A DNA stretch of 64,000 nucleotides from positions 52,516,001 to 52,580,000 of the forward strand of contig OZ076409.1 of NCBI GenBank assembly GCA_964187785.1. The letters run 5' to 3'. This DNA comes from Amphiscolops sp. MND2022. Taxonomy: Eukaryota. The translations under genes and the position numbers were made by a program. The notes under the pieces were generated by a model that saw only the letters and a program-made list of their open reading frames with translations, made no database searches and was not told where the DNA came from. Position 1 is the stretch's first letter. Every line of letters begins with the position of its first letter. This document shows, one piece after another, positions 47,150-59,340 of this stretch.

Positions 47150-50100
47150 TTTTTTGCATCTCTTTGGATTTCCGTACCAACTGAAACATCCAAAGACAGG
47201 GCCAAACCTACAAATAAAATCGAATGTTCGATAAACACATTTTTTCCAAAATGAATAAATGTTCCAAAAAATAAATATTCCAAATTTATATTCAAATTTA
47301 AGGCTGTTCCTTAAGATTTCAACTCGCATCAATTTAGCTGCGTGCGATTAGTATTTGTAGAGACTTTTGAATTTTTGGGAATGACGATGACACCATAATG
47401 ACCCCGAAAATAACTAAAAATCCAAACTTCCCCGATTGTTAACGTCTTTATGCATTTTAAATCGAAGTTTCGAAAGACTCCGTGGTTTAGAATGTTGAAA
47501 ACGTTTAACAAACCAAAACTTCGTTCTCCAGTAAGCTTTTTCCGAAAAAATAATTGCAGTTTTCTAAAGGAAAAATTTTTCGATTGGACACCGAAATTGA
47601 CAAAAAATTCAAAATTTTCCAGATTTCAAAGTTATCTTGCAATTATGACATCGCGAATTGAAATAATGGAAAGGGCAAACAAAGAAAGCGTATGTAAACC
47701 AGTAGGTAGGCTTAAATTGAAGAGATAAATGATGTTTTTCAAATGAATAGTGTCTTGAATCGACACTGAAAAAAAAGCAAAAATTCCTAAGTTTTCCGAT
47801 TGTCACCATTTGATTCATTTTTTGTCAACTTTTCGTTGGAAATCGTGAATTAGAATGTTGAAACTGTTGACGAAGGGAAGAACTCGTTGTTTCACTACGC
47901 TTTTGTCAAGAGATATATACAGTTTGTGATAAAAAAATGCCTCAAATTGACACAGAAAAGGTTGAAGAATTTCAGGTTCAATAGAGTTTCTGGACAATGT
48001 CCGAGAGATTTATTAGATTAGAAGTCCCAAAGTGTTCAAAAACAAAAACACGAGCTTAAAGTACCCTTTCTGAAACGAACGTTGCAGAGTTTTGCTTCAA
48101 ACAATTCAGAACGACTCCAAGTGTTTCTAAAAATTGAAAACTTTAACCTCTTCAAGTTGTTATGCATCCTATATGTACTTTTTGAACTGTTTCGGGGAGT
48201 ATTGAATGTTAGAGAACGCTCAACAGCGATTTAATTCATTATTCAGTAGTCTTTATAAGGACATATTTGCAGACTTTGGTTGGAAATGACACAAAACTGA
48301 CCACAAAAAGTCAAAAAGGTCAAAAATTATGTCAATTTCTGATAATTAAAGGGGCTTTTCTATATAACAGTAGAAAGTTTTGGTAAGATGAAAGCTTCGA
48401 GAAGCTTCAGATGTTATTACTAGGTTTGACAACGAGTTTGAAAGGGTAAATTGCACTTTTAGTAGAAGACTTTTCTTCAGAATGTCCCAAAATCACCGAA
48501 AAACTCAGAATTTTAAAGTTTTCAACTTTTTATGCAGTTTTTTTATTGCAATTTCAGCAACTGCCTTGCATATAAATGTTTGGAAAATTCAGCAATTACT
48601 AAATCCAGTATCCGATAGGCGTTTTTGAAAATATAACTGTATTTTTCTGATGAAATTTGCCTTAAAAACACAGAGTTCCAATAAACGACACAACAGCACG
48701 TTTTTTGACAAATTATCCCAGTATTTGCTCAAACCACTACACCTTCTAAAAGTAGGACTCCCATTGACCTGAACGATGAAATAACAGGGTTTTGAAAACG
48801 CATTTTGGTGTGAAATAAAATGGGATGAGTTTCATCGAATTTGACAACATTGGTGCCAAATTTCCCACATTTTCTCAATTTTAGAATTTATAGTCGCACT
48901 TTTCGACCATTTCCGGCAATTTACTTCAATCAGAAAACCCATAGGGCCAAGGTTGAAACGTTTAGCTTTAGTTAATGTTTGGAAAAGATATTGTCAAGTT
49001 TCCTTCCACAACGTTCGATAATCTATTTATGTGATAACCTAATCTATTTTAACCTTTCTGTCAAATATTTGATATTCATTGGCTCCAAGCAAATCACTGA
49101 GTAGGGAGTACGCCTTTCGAAGTAAAATGTTTTTTGCAGTTTCCCACATAGGAAGAAGTTCTGATATTGACCCAGTTTTTGACGTTTTTTACTAAAGCAT
49201 TTTTCCTTTACAAGAAACCTCAAAAAACTAAAAACTGCGAATGAAAATTTTCAAAACGTGTTTTCGAGAAAGATTTCAAAAAGTTTCCCGCTACTCTGTA
49301 AGTCGCATAGTGCAAAAAAAAACGAAAAGTGGCCAGCTATGCTTGCAAAACGCTGTTGTTTCCGCTGAAAAACAAGGGAGGTGGTAAATGTTTGGAAAAA
49401 AGTCTGAAATAAAATCGCAAGTCCCGAGATGGTTCTAAAGGGCGACACATTGTTCCCCCCTACTTTTCCACCTAAACGCTTTTATGGTCTTTTGGTACTG
49501 AAGCCCTTCTAAGGTTAAAAATCTGCGTTGAACAAAAAATCATGTGGCAGTGACAAGGTACTTGAAAAGTTGGGGAATTATTTTCGACAGATTAGGTGCA
49601 TCGAACAAAAATGACAAGCGATGACTATAGACAACCAATGTTTTGGTATGCTAGGTACTGGTCTCTATATTGCAACAACAAAACATAGGTATTTGGCGTG
49701 CTGCTAAAAAATTGACCTGCGGGGCACAGTGTTAATTCTGCTGTTAGGTTTTCATGTTCAAAAAGAGAAGGATAGGTTCAGTAAAATCTGGATAGCTATA
49801 CGCTCCTGTTAAATTATTATATAGCGCACTATTAAAAACTGTACCTGTTTACACGGCTTTTAACTCTTCTCGGACTAAAGAAAATTTTACGACTTATCGT
49901 AGACGTAGTTTCGCATATGCATTTGAGTGCAGGCGAAGTTCTCGGCGAACAAATAATTGACACTCATTCACTTCATACCGTGAACTCGGCGTACGAATCA
50001 TTAACACTCGTTCGCTTCATCTCACTGACTCGGCGTACGAATACATTGTTAACACTCGCTCATTTCATCGCACGAGAAATGAATTGTCGTCGGAACTGGC

Positions 50101-50400
50101 GAACCAGAGGTCTGAATTTTTCAGTAGGTACTCGGATCACGAACAGAAGTCGGCTGAATAGAAAAGTTTCAGTTTTCTATATTATTCGTGCTGTCACAGA
50201 AGTAAAGTAGGTGTTTTCTAAAATGAGCTAAGATGAACCAAAACTTTATTCTTCAAAGTTCTTCGCATTTTCATAGGCATTGGCTATTTTTGAGCCTCAA
50301 ATACATGTCGTTGTTGAACAGTTTGGGGCGAAATATATCTTGCTGCTCTATGGGCGTCTTGTAGTTCTGTAGGTGGTGATTTTCAAAAAAAGCTCAATAC
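47150..50400 (-). repeat. Diverged inverted copy of the 380-3950 repeat
   Basis: 47330-47365 is the reverse complement of 3760-3795; 50290-50370 matches 390-470; 49215-49315 matches 570-680. Confidence 0.65.
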
Positions 50401-51703
50401 TGGAAAAAATGAAATAGCAATTTTTGACAACTTCTGGTTCACTTCACGCATTTTATTTTCAAGAAACTGCAATTTCTTCTCCACGAACGTATGACACCCT
50501 AAATCACATTCAACACTTGTTCGAAAAGAAACGAAAACACCTGTCGGCTTTGCTCACACAAACTGTAGAAAAATCTCAAAGTTTTTGAAAAAAGTTTGCT
50601 CGCTTATGAAGTGTTTTGTTGTTGAACTCTGTGGATGTTTCTACTAATAAAGACAGCAAAAATTAAACGAAAAAGGAAAAACGGTAAAATTTTCACCTTT
50701 ATTTTCACTTTTTTGAATTTATTGCGCTATTGGTGGCATTTATGAAAAAAGGACGATTTCTATTACTACTGAAGTCCACAAACTTTTGTTCTTGTGTTAT
50801 TTTTGTTGTTGTTTTAGTTCACAAAAATTTATTGTTGTTTATTTGAATTTTTCACAAAATGTACAAAAGGGGCTGAAATGAAAGAAATTGAAAACAATTT
50901 TGTCTTTTGTGGACATTTTGCTGCATTTTTGAACAACGTGTTCTTCTGAAACGTGTTCGGGGTTTCTAGTTGATTGATGTTGAGTTTTGGTGCATGCTCC
51001 AACCTTTGGAAACAACCAAAATGGTCAAAAATAAGGAAATGCGCTAAAGTTTTGGCTATTTCATGGAACATTTGGGGATCATTTTTGGCCCTCTTTGCAG
51101 TCACCATTCCAAAAAAGGTCAAATATCTCGACATTACAATCCAACTAGGTAATTGTATAAGAGTTGTCTGCTGTGGAAGAACCTCAGGTATGATTTGGGT
51201 ATAAAAATGTGATATGGCAAAATAAATGTTAACAAGCCGGGAACGGCCCAAGTCGGTACCCGTTCAAGATTCAAACAGAGCAAAGTGTTTCGTATAAGTA
51301 AAGGGACACTACTTTGAAAACGTTTATCAATAATGGTGCCAGTAATTACCCGAAGGGATAAGAGTGATAGTAGTTAATTTCCCCTTTACCGCGGGGTGGA
51401 CGCCGAATAAGCAGTTCTGCTTTTCTACGTCGGCACACTTTCGGATACTATCTCCCCATAGCAGGCTATGGTACCATATTTGCAGCCAAGTGGTCAAGCA
51501 ATGATGGGCTTGAAGCTGTGGTTTTAAAGTGACTTGCTAAAGGTCACAAAGGTCTGACTGCTCGCTGTTGCTCTTTTTGGTTTGCTTTTCTCCGCCAAAT
51601 GCGTTATTTTTTGTCCTTGACCATACCACTAAGCTAGGGATGAAGGACTTGCTTAAGGACCAAAAACGGTGAGTTGAGAGTGATTCGAGCCTGATACCGC
51701 CCC

Positions 51704-53313
51704 TGTAAGGACTACCGTCCCTAGTGGCTCTAAGGTAACAAGCGGACCGTGAATCCTTTTTTGTAATTTAGATTTAAACCCATTGTTTCCTTCAGTATTT
51801 TCTTGAATATTTGGGGACGAGTTAGTCTCAGTGTCCCGATTTCCTGAAGATGACATTGAACTCACTATGTTCTGAATCCCCGGAATTACTCTTCCAGCTA
51901 TTGCCCTACTGATCGCTCTATTTATTTGATTATGCATCATGGACATCATGGAATCCATTTCCTGAGAACGTCTCATGTTATATTCACTAGTGAAAGTTTC
52001 CCTTGGTCTCTTGGAACCTATCTAGGGATTGCGTTTTCAATGACATACTGTCCAAGGCCACTTAGGCGCCAATCATCTTCTCTAGCATGCAAGTTGGACT
52101 CAATGTCGCAGTGACTTTCTGCATTGCCAATTACATTATAAAGTTCTTTCAATTGGGTTGACATTGTCACTACCTAATATGACCTCCATCTTTTCAAAGT
52201 CGGACAATATGTCCATTTCTCTAGACTTTCTAGCTTTCGCTTTCTGTTTTCTAGTGGAAGGCATAAGAAGTTACTGCAAGAGGAAAGAAGTTAAATGTCT
52301 TTAGCTTGCAAATCGTATTTTATCAACTGTAATCAACTGTAATGTAGTACAAGGAAAATTGTTGTCCCCGAGACTAAGAGTCCTGAGTTTATACAGTCAA
52401 GTTTCCATGATTTGCATAAACCACTTGGTCATCTAGCTATTTTCAGAACATAAGGTCTAAAAATAGTACCAGCATTAAACTACGTTACTATATATAGCAT
52501 CGCGACGTAATATCTAAATTTAGCATTCATGATGTATTGAACAGTAAGATGTTTACGTGACCTTGTGGGCCATGCCGACATGACATCAAACTATATATGG
52601 GGTTGTATGTTACATATATGTAACTTGCATGAGTATCTACTAATGAAGGGGGAAAATGGACACGATGTCCAATTTCGTACAATACATATTACTTCAAGCA
52701 ACGGTTTCATGTCTTCAGTATTACGAATTGCAACTTCCACCAAACCACAAGGGCCATGTTTGCGTGTTAATTTCAGCTTTATTGCACCATCAATTTTATG
52801 TAGGACTCGACGTCCCTCAGCCTTAGTTGGCCATTCTAATTAGGTGAACAGCCGAGTACGGTCTTTAAATCAAAGCACTCACTGTACAGCAAGTTAATAA
52901 AAGCACGTCTCTGATTGCTCTAAATTCATTTAGACTATCTGTCCAAGGCGACAGGCAAAGAAACATTTGAACACGTTTCCTTTGCTTGTACGCCTTGGTG
53001 TCCAATTTCAATGAAGCACTGTTATTTTACATGTATCAATATAGTAAAGCAACGTTGTATCAATCCAATTTCATCAATTTGAACTAAATGAGAAAAAATT
53101 TAACTCCAGGTCCGAATATTAATTTCAAACTAAGGAGAGGTATCAAACACAAAATATTAACATTCGATAAAAAATGACTTTATCAGTTTCAATACAATTC
53201 TTTTTGGACTGCATGTCCAATTTCCTCAGTCAAGCGCGACTGTCCCGGGAGAGTGTTGTAGTGGTTATAAGAGATCGAATACCAGTTCCCATTGCATGCC
53301 GCAGCCTGCGACA
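51704..53313 (-). repeat. 3' LTR of the second element, with gag N-terminal remnant (ATG 52264, MPSTRKQKAKARKSREMD...)
   Basis: Starts TGTCGCAGG right after the PPT and ends AGTCCTTACA. The partner LTR is not in the window, so the boundaries are inferred. Confidence 0.7.
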
Positions 53314-54066
53314 CTCCCCCTAGCGTAAGAAGGAACGTCCCTGCTGACATCCCGTACAAGAAAGCTCTCCTTCTCGCTTCCCGTTCTGCCAATGTTTCAC
53401 CAGGAACCACTGTTTTGTTTAAATACTCACTGAACGCTTCTAATTGGATTTGTCGGACAAACTTTCCGCAGACCACACATTCTGAATAGTTCACTACCCC
53501 GGGAGATTCTGACACTGCCATCCCGTTTGAGAAGGTTTGAGATTGACTCCACCGAGACGGTATCATCAGAGTAAAAGCAGCCCATGCGCACTCGACCCGT
53601 AGTCCGGCCTTCAACCTACAACAGGAGGAGACAGTGGGGTATCTACTCGAGGTTTTAAGTTGCAGCAAATGTTAACCGGATGGTTTTTTGTCACCCTATC
53701 ATCACAGGCTCATGGGCCATTTCCACGACCCAGATCAAAATACCTTTGGTCGAAAGTAGGGAATGGTGGTTGATTCGGCCTAGGTGTCCCGCACCCGTTT
53801 TGCGTCTTCGCAGTCCCAGCAGTTGGTATAGAGATGAGATCAACTAGTTGCCTCTCTATGTACTTTGCCATTAGCTCGACGTCTTTCGCTTCCTCGTCTG
53901 AAGAAGAGATTAGATCTTCTACTGAATCCGTGCTAACGCAATCCATATTGTCGTCCTCGTCATTTGACAAATAAAATATCGCTGGCTCTCCTCCAGACTG
54001 GGCTGCGCCCACTAAGTCCATGGGGAACGTTTCACTGATGTCCGAAATCGCTCTTTTTTCAAACAA
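53189..54066 (-). pseudogene. Sense-strand 3' accessory ORF of the second element (acidic region plus CxxC), running through the PPT into the LTR
   Basis: Adjacent ORFs 53710-54066 and 53189-53668 (CVVCGK...RRRAFLYGM...LGGVSQAAACNGNWY). The codons for GGVS overlap the PPT/LTR junction. Confidence 0.55.
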
Positions 54067-55412
54067 TTTTTTAGCAGTTTTTGAATGGTTGGCTATTAGA
54101 TCTCAAGCTTTGAATCTAAGGAAAGCTGCTGGTCGGGGAAATTGAAATCGAAAGAATGGCGATTTTCCTCTCCGACGGCTCGCGAAAATTCTACCCAACT
54201 CCGTTTTGTTTTTCCCGGGGTTTAAGTTCCACTTTCTAAGTGATTTCTCAATAACAAAACTTTTCTTGTACATCAGCTTTGAACCCGCCGCTGAGTCCTC
54301 TCTGATAATGACGACTGCAGCATTGTAGACATTCATCATTTTTATCAATACTTGCAATGCTGAAGCATCGTGATGTGATGAGTGTTTATTAACACTCATC
54401 AACTACTTGGAGGTTTCAGGTGGTGAAGATACGACTGAAAGCCTCGCTGTCTCGCTCTTCGTGAGGCAGCCAATGAAATCGCAAAACTTTCTTTTCCCAC
54501 AAAATGGCGTTCTAAAGCCAAAAGTCCCTATAATGAATTCAAAAAATGACCTTGAAAATAGGATAAAATGGAATAATAATGGTGAAATGATAAAATAATA
54601 ATAAAATATTAGACTAATTGCATAAAATAACAAAGTTTTCGAAATAAGTAACATAATGTAGATATTGCTGGCAGACTCTATCCACATATTGACATAAATC
54701 CCAAAGAACTGTGAAATTTGACACCAAATTATAAAGCCACGAACCCCAATCTTGACAACTTGTTAAATTGCCGATTCGCCATTTCAGTTCTTCACATTCA
54801 ATTTTTCATCGTAGTTTTCCGTTTTATTCAGTATTTAACTGTCATTAGTAGTCATTTTCATTGTATTTAGACTATAGGCAATTTCTGGTTTTGAATTATA
54901 TTTACTTTTATTTCTCTTTATCTCTTCATCTTGGAACATCCTGTCTAGTTATCCCTATCTTCTTGGATATCCCGGGATCCCCTGGATTGTAGACATCCAG
55001 TACACAAACAGCAAATTATTACTCCAAGTATTCCCTCTTTCTTCTGGTACAGAAAGGTCGAGTTCCGTCTGTATCCACTCATACCAGCTTCCCACTTACA
55101 GCAGCCTTCAACTGGACTCAACATTCACTGGACAGCAATCCTAGCGATACATACTCACCAAACCTTGTTCTGTCCGTCTGCGTCTCCTTCAGGTTAGACT
55201 CCTTTGAGGCTCATTCTCTGATTGAGGTGCATTTTCATTTTAGAACTAAAAGAAGTCTGATCAGGGCTTTCATTTGGTTCACGTACTTCCTGTCCACTAA
55301 CACAAGTCTTCACTTATGTTCAAATTCTCTAATAACGGAAGATTTTCAAACGCGGTAAATGGATTCATATTCAGGAAGGTTCCCGCTTGAGTCTATTCAT
55401 TTCTATTTAGAC

Positions 55413-58400
55413 ATGTCGTCCAACGAGCAGCCAGCAGAAAGTCAGCTCGCCGGACAGGAGGAATCAGATCGAAAGGCTAATGAAGAACTCACAAGGCAGC
55501 CCGAGACATCCACGGCCCCAGACTGATCTCCTTGCTCCGAGCTCGTCCACTGAAGAGGGCGTTACAGCCTATTTTGAAAGCAATTGATAAGCTTGAGAGA
55601 GGTGAAAGAGGAACTTGATGTCCCGCTACTGCCCACCAGGCGTCACGTACCGAGGACAAGCCCGGCGACCAAGAGGCAGAGGAAGAATCTGTCTCCAATG
55701 TTATGGATAGTGTAGTAGACACACTAATTCTCAGCGCCCACGAGTCAAAACCATATGCTGATGCGACGGAAGTAGCTAGTGAGGTCAGTTCCTCTGTGAG
55801 GAAGGTCGATTTCTTCCACACCGACACAAGTGACTTTGAGGAATTGCTTTATAGTTCAAGTGCAGAACCAGCTAGAGAACAGCCTGTCTTGATACCCGCG
55901 GATTTCGGGATAACTGTCAGCGAAGAGAGCAACCAATCATCTGTACCTGAACTCACTCACTGGAGGCGTCCTTATCATCACTACGCCTAGGCCCCAAGTC
56001 CTTCTCGGTCGCTTTCTGCATCAGAGCGAACTCTCATCAGAAAATATTTCACCGAAAACACTGCTCCTATTCTTCCAGCAGGCTATGCCACAGTCGCGTT
56101 CAATGAACAACAAGTACATTCTGTCCTCCGGGCAGTTCCTGGCGAGACAGTTATAACCTCCTTGCACCTGATGTAAAACATGCTTTAAGAGTCCATGTGG
56201 ATAGGTGCACGCTTCCGTGAAGGCACAACTGGTCTGAGTCGACAGCGGGCTCACTGTTTCCGGGGTAGGCCAGCAAACTCGGCAGGAGACGGAAGCCAGA
56301 GTGAAGACGGTACTGGGGGTAAATGAGCGGAGCTTTGAGTTCCGTCGACGACTTTGCCAGTTTCAACTTCCAGGAACAAAGACCAAGCTTCTCGACCGAA
56401 ACGCGCAAGCAAGATATTTGAGGATCGCACGAACCTTGCAGTGCTCTCACCAATGTCGTACCTAGTCCAGAATTCGTCCCCGCCAATTACGAGCCTCTTG
56501 CTACACTTTGCTCACAAGCGCCAGCCAGTCCTGTCTTCACAAGTCCTCCTCGAACAAGAGGCGCAAAACAGCAGTCAAAGTCAGAAAGATAATGAATGCA
56601 GCATACTTCAAAGGGATAAGTTGGACAAAGACCTTTGCCTCTAGCCCCCTAGATCCAGAGCAGAATGAACACAAATTCTACTGCCAGATTTGCAAAAAAA
56701 GTGTCGATCCAGTCGAGGGGCGCACGAGAGATCGTCAGGCATTTTCAGGCTCAATCTGAAGGACCAGCGGTGGCGGCTTGAACATCTTCGCCAAGTGGAA
56801 AGAGTGACCGGGTCAAGCATCAGGTCAGGGGAAAGAATGGTCAAATCTTGACACCCACCGAGTTGGAAGAGGAGAGAGCCCTTTTTGAGATTGCCCCCTC
56901 GTAGACATAAGAGAAAACTATCCTTTCTATGAAGATTTCAAGGAAGGACCACGGTCTTTTGTCAATCCTGAGGAGATCCGCCGCTCTGTCCAGATATCGT
57001 TAGTTGCTTCATTTAACCCCAGATGCAGAGACACCAGTCTGCTCAAAACGTTGTGGAATCAGGTCGGAGTCAATTCCAACCACCAAACTCTGTTTGCTCC
57101 TTTCAATTGGGGGCCACCACACAGACAGTAAGCATTTTTGATGTTCTCGAATCTTTTTCTATCCAAAATGTTCCAATATGTCGCAAGTCCTCTGATGTTT
57201 TGTTTAGGATAATTTTCCATCATATCCTACTGCTTCTTTTCAATCCGTTTCTGGAAAGAAGACAACCTCTTCCGCTACCTTCTGGCCTCTGAACTAACGG
57301 CAGGGTTGCTTATTGCATTTCCCGGTTCCTTTCAGTCTTGTCGGCACGACAACAAATTGTCACTGTGTCTGGATGTTCTGCTGAGGTTGTCGCTTTGCTA
57401 GAAAGGTCCTCTTATTTTGAAAAGGGAATTTAATACCGCTTCCGATTTGACGCTTTCTCACTACCCAGACTGATGCATCAACGATGGGACTGTGTGTTCA
57501 GTGGCATTAGCTCTTCCCAGCTTCGCTTTTTGATCACCTTCCTGGACGAGTGCCAAGATCAGGTCTGGTTCACATTGACACATGAACTATGCAAGGTTGG
57601 AATTTTTACATTGCTTCAGTCCTAGTTCCATGTGACCTGGTAGACTAATTTTTTGGTTCTCCAGGCAACAACGACCTGCAAACTGGCAATTTCCTCAGTT
57701 TCTGCCAATTGTTCTGAACTGCTAACCAATTGGAAGTCTGTCCACGAGTACCTCAAGCAGGTTGCGCCACCACAGGTCATGCAAGGTGTCAAAAGTAAGG
57801 TAGCATATTATTATCCTTCAGCAATTATCCTTCAATTCCAACTTACATGTCACCAAGCAAGTAATTGGTATTTACCGGACACACCATTGTTTTAGCCTCA
57901 GAGTCTCGAATGGGCAATCGTCTATGAGGATTTCATTGCAGCCAAGCTGGAATTCTTGGGGTGAATCGTCCGTGACTGTTAGTACAGCACATTCTCAATT
58001 TCCGCTTTTTGCATCTTTTCATTACAGTATGTTTCTATCATTAAGTCTCGGTATCCTAGATTTTGGTTCCTTCCTGGGCAAGCCAGTTTCAATATTACTA
58101 TCCGCTCACTCGTTTTGTTCATTTCGTAGATGTCAAGTGCTTCGAGGACAGCCTGTGTCAGCGGAAGGATGCAGGATTCTCAACGTACACGGAGCTGCAT
58201 CGCTTCATTCGCAAATTGTGTTCTCGGTCACTTTTATCAAAGTTTGTCCCTGATGAATTGGATTGGGTGACGTTGGGTTACCAGGACAAGATTTACGTCA
58301 ACTTTCCAGCCGCGACTTCCTCCACCGACTGAAACTGAAAGTGGACCTCGAGGCTTCCTGTCGGAGCCATGTCCAAAAGGAGCATAATGACAAAGAGAAG

Positions 58401-59165
58401 AAGCCCTCCCCAGCTGAGATGGTAGACCTTGTAGAAGCAGCGAAGGAGGAACTTGTAGTGAAGCCCCGCAATTACTTTCTTTTCCTATTGGAGACTTTCT
58501 TGGCCGATATCAGCCTCAAGGCCGACATAGTTCGAGGTCTGAAGAGCTTTGAACCCCTGGTCTTACTTGCTGTACCCATAAACCAGGCTACTCATTGCAT
58601 TGCCGCGCTATATCACTCGTTAAAATCCGGAGCTGGTTAGCAAACATGTCTGAGGATGAAGTCCGCAATGATTATTTGGATTTTCTCGACCACTTTCGTA
58701 AGACGTATTCTGATTTGAAGGACAGCCCTAAGTTGTTTACTGATATGATCAGTTTCTTGCTTCAAACACCGGAACTGCGAGCGCGCCGTCACCTCTTTTA
58801 CATCTTCCAATTAAGCTGCCTCTGCTTAACTATGTGTACGCCCGATTTGCCAGACGTCACCTTCCTCGGAGTGGACAGCAGATCCCTGAAGTCGCTTGTA
58901 CGAGGTTATAATGCCCGCCTAATCTGATTTGGCTAATGTGTCCAATTCTGTGGCCATTTGTATTACTGAAGCCTCATTGTCCACTTATCGACATCTTGAG
59001 GCTAAGTTTGAGAGTTAAAACGTTCCTGGTGATCGGTGGACCCATGTGGACAACTTCGGCAAGGCAAATGTCCACAAAGTTCTGATTTCAGTTTACAAAA
59101 CTTTGGGTATACTACCAGCGCCAGTTACCCGATCTGTTAGTTCGTCTTCATCTAGTGGGGGTTGA
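55413..59165 (+). pseudogene. Decayed antisense zinc-finger accessory gene, homologous to 29370-34147
   Basis: RKIMNAAYF...FYCQICKKSV(frameshift)QSRGAREIVRHF...RGKNGQILTPTE aligns with RKILKSAWF...ARCLLCRQDVKIGSRGITTFFEHC...RRRDGTLMSQAE. C-terminal FLDHFR...FYIFQLSCLCL aligns with FVTNFR...FFRFLMCL. Confidence 0.75.
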
Positions 59166-59340
59166 TATGTTTCTTTATATATATATATATATATTATTTT
59201 CTTTTTCAGCCGTACTAGGCGGTTCATTCAACGGAGACGCCGCGTTTTGGCTGGTGGCCGGTCTCGGCCCTATTTCGTTCTCGGTGACGTCACTTGCATT
59301 CCTCTCGCTGCTGCATTCATCTTCGTGTGCGCTACGGCGC

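Noticed and set aside
49960..50075. ~45-bp tandem repeat (ACTCGGCGTACGAAT, about 2.5 units)
   Set aside because: Ordinary short minisatellite with no further structure evident.
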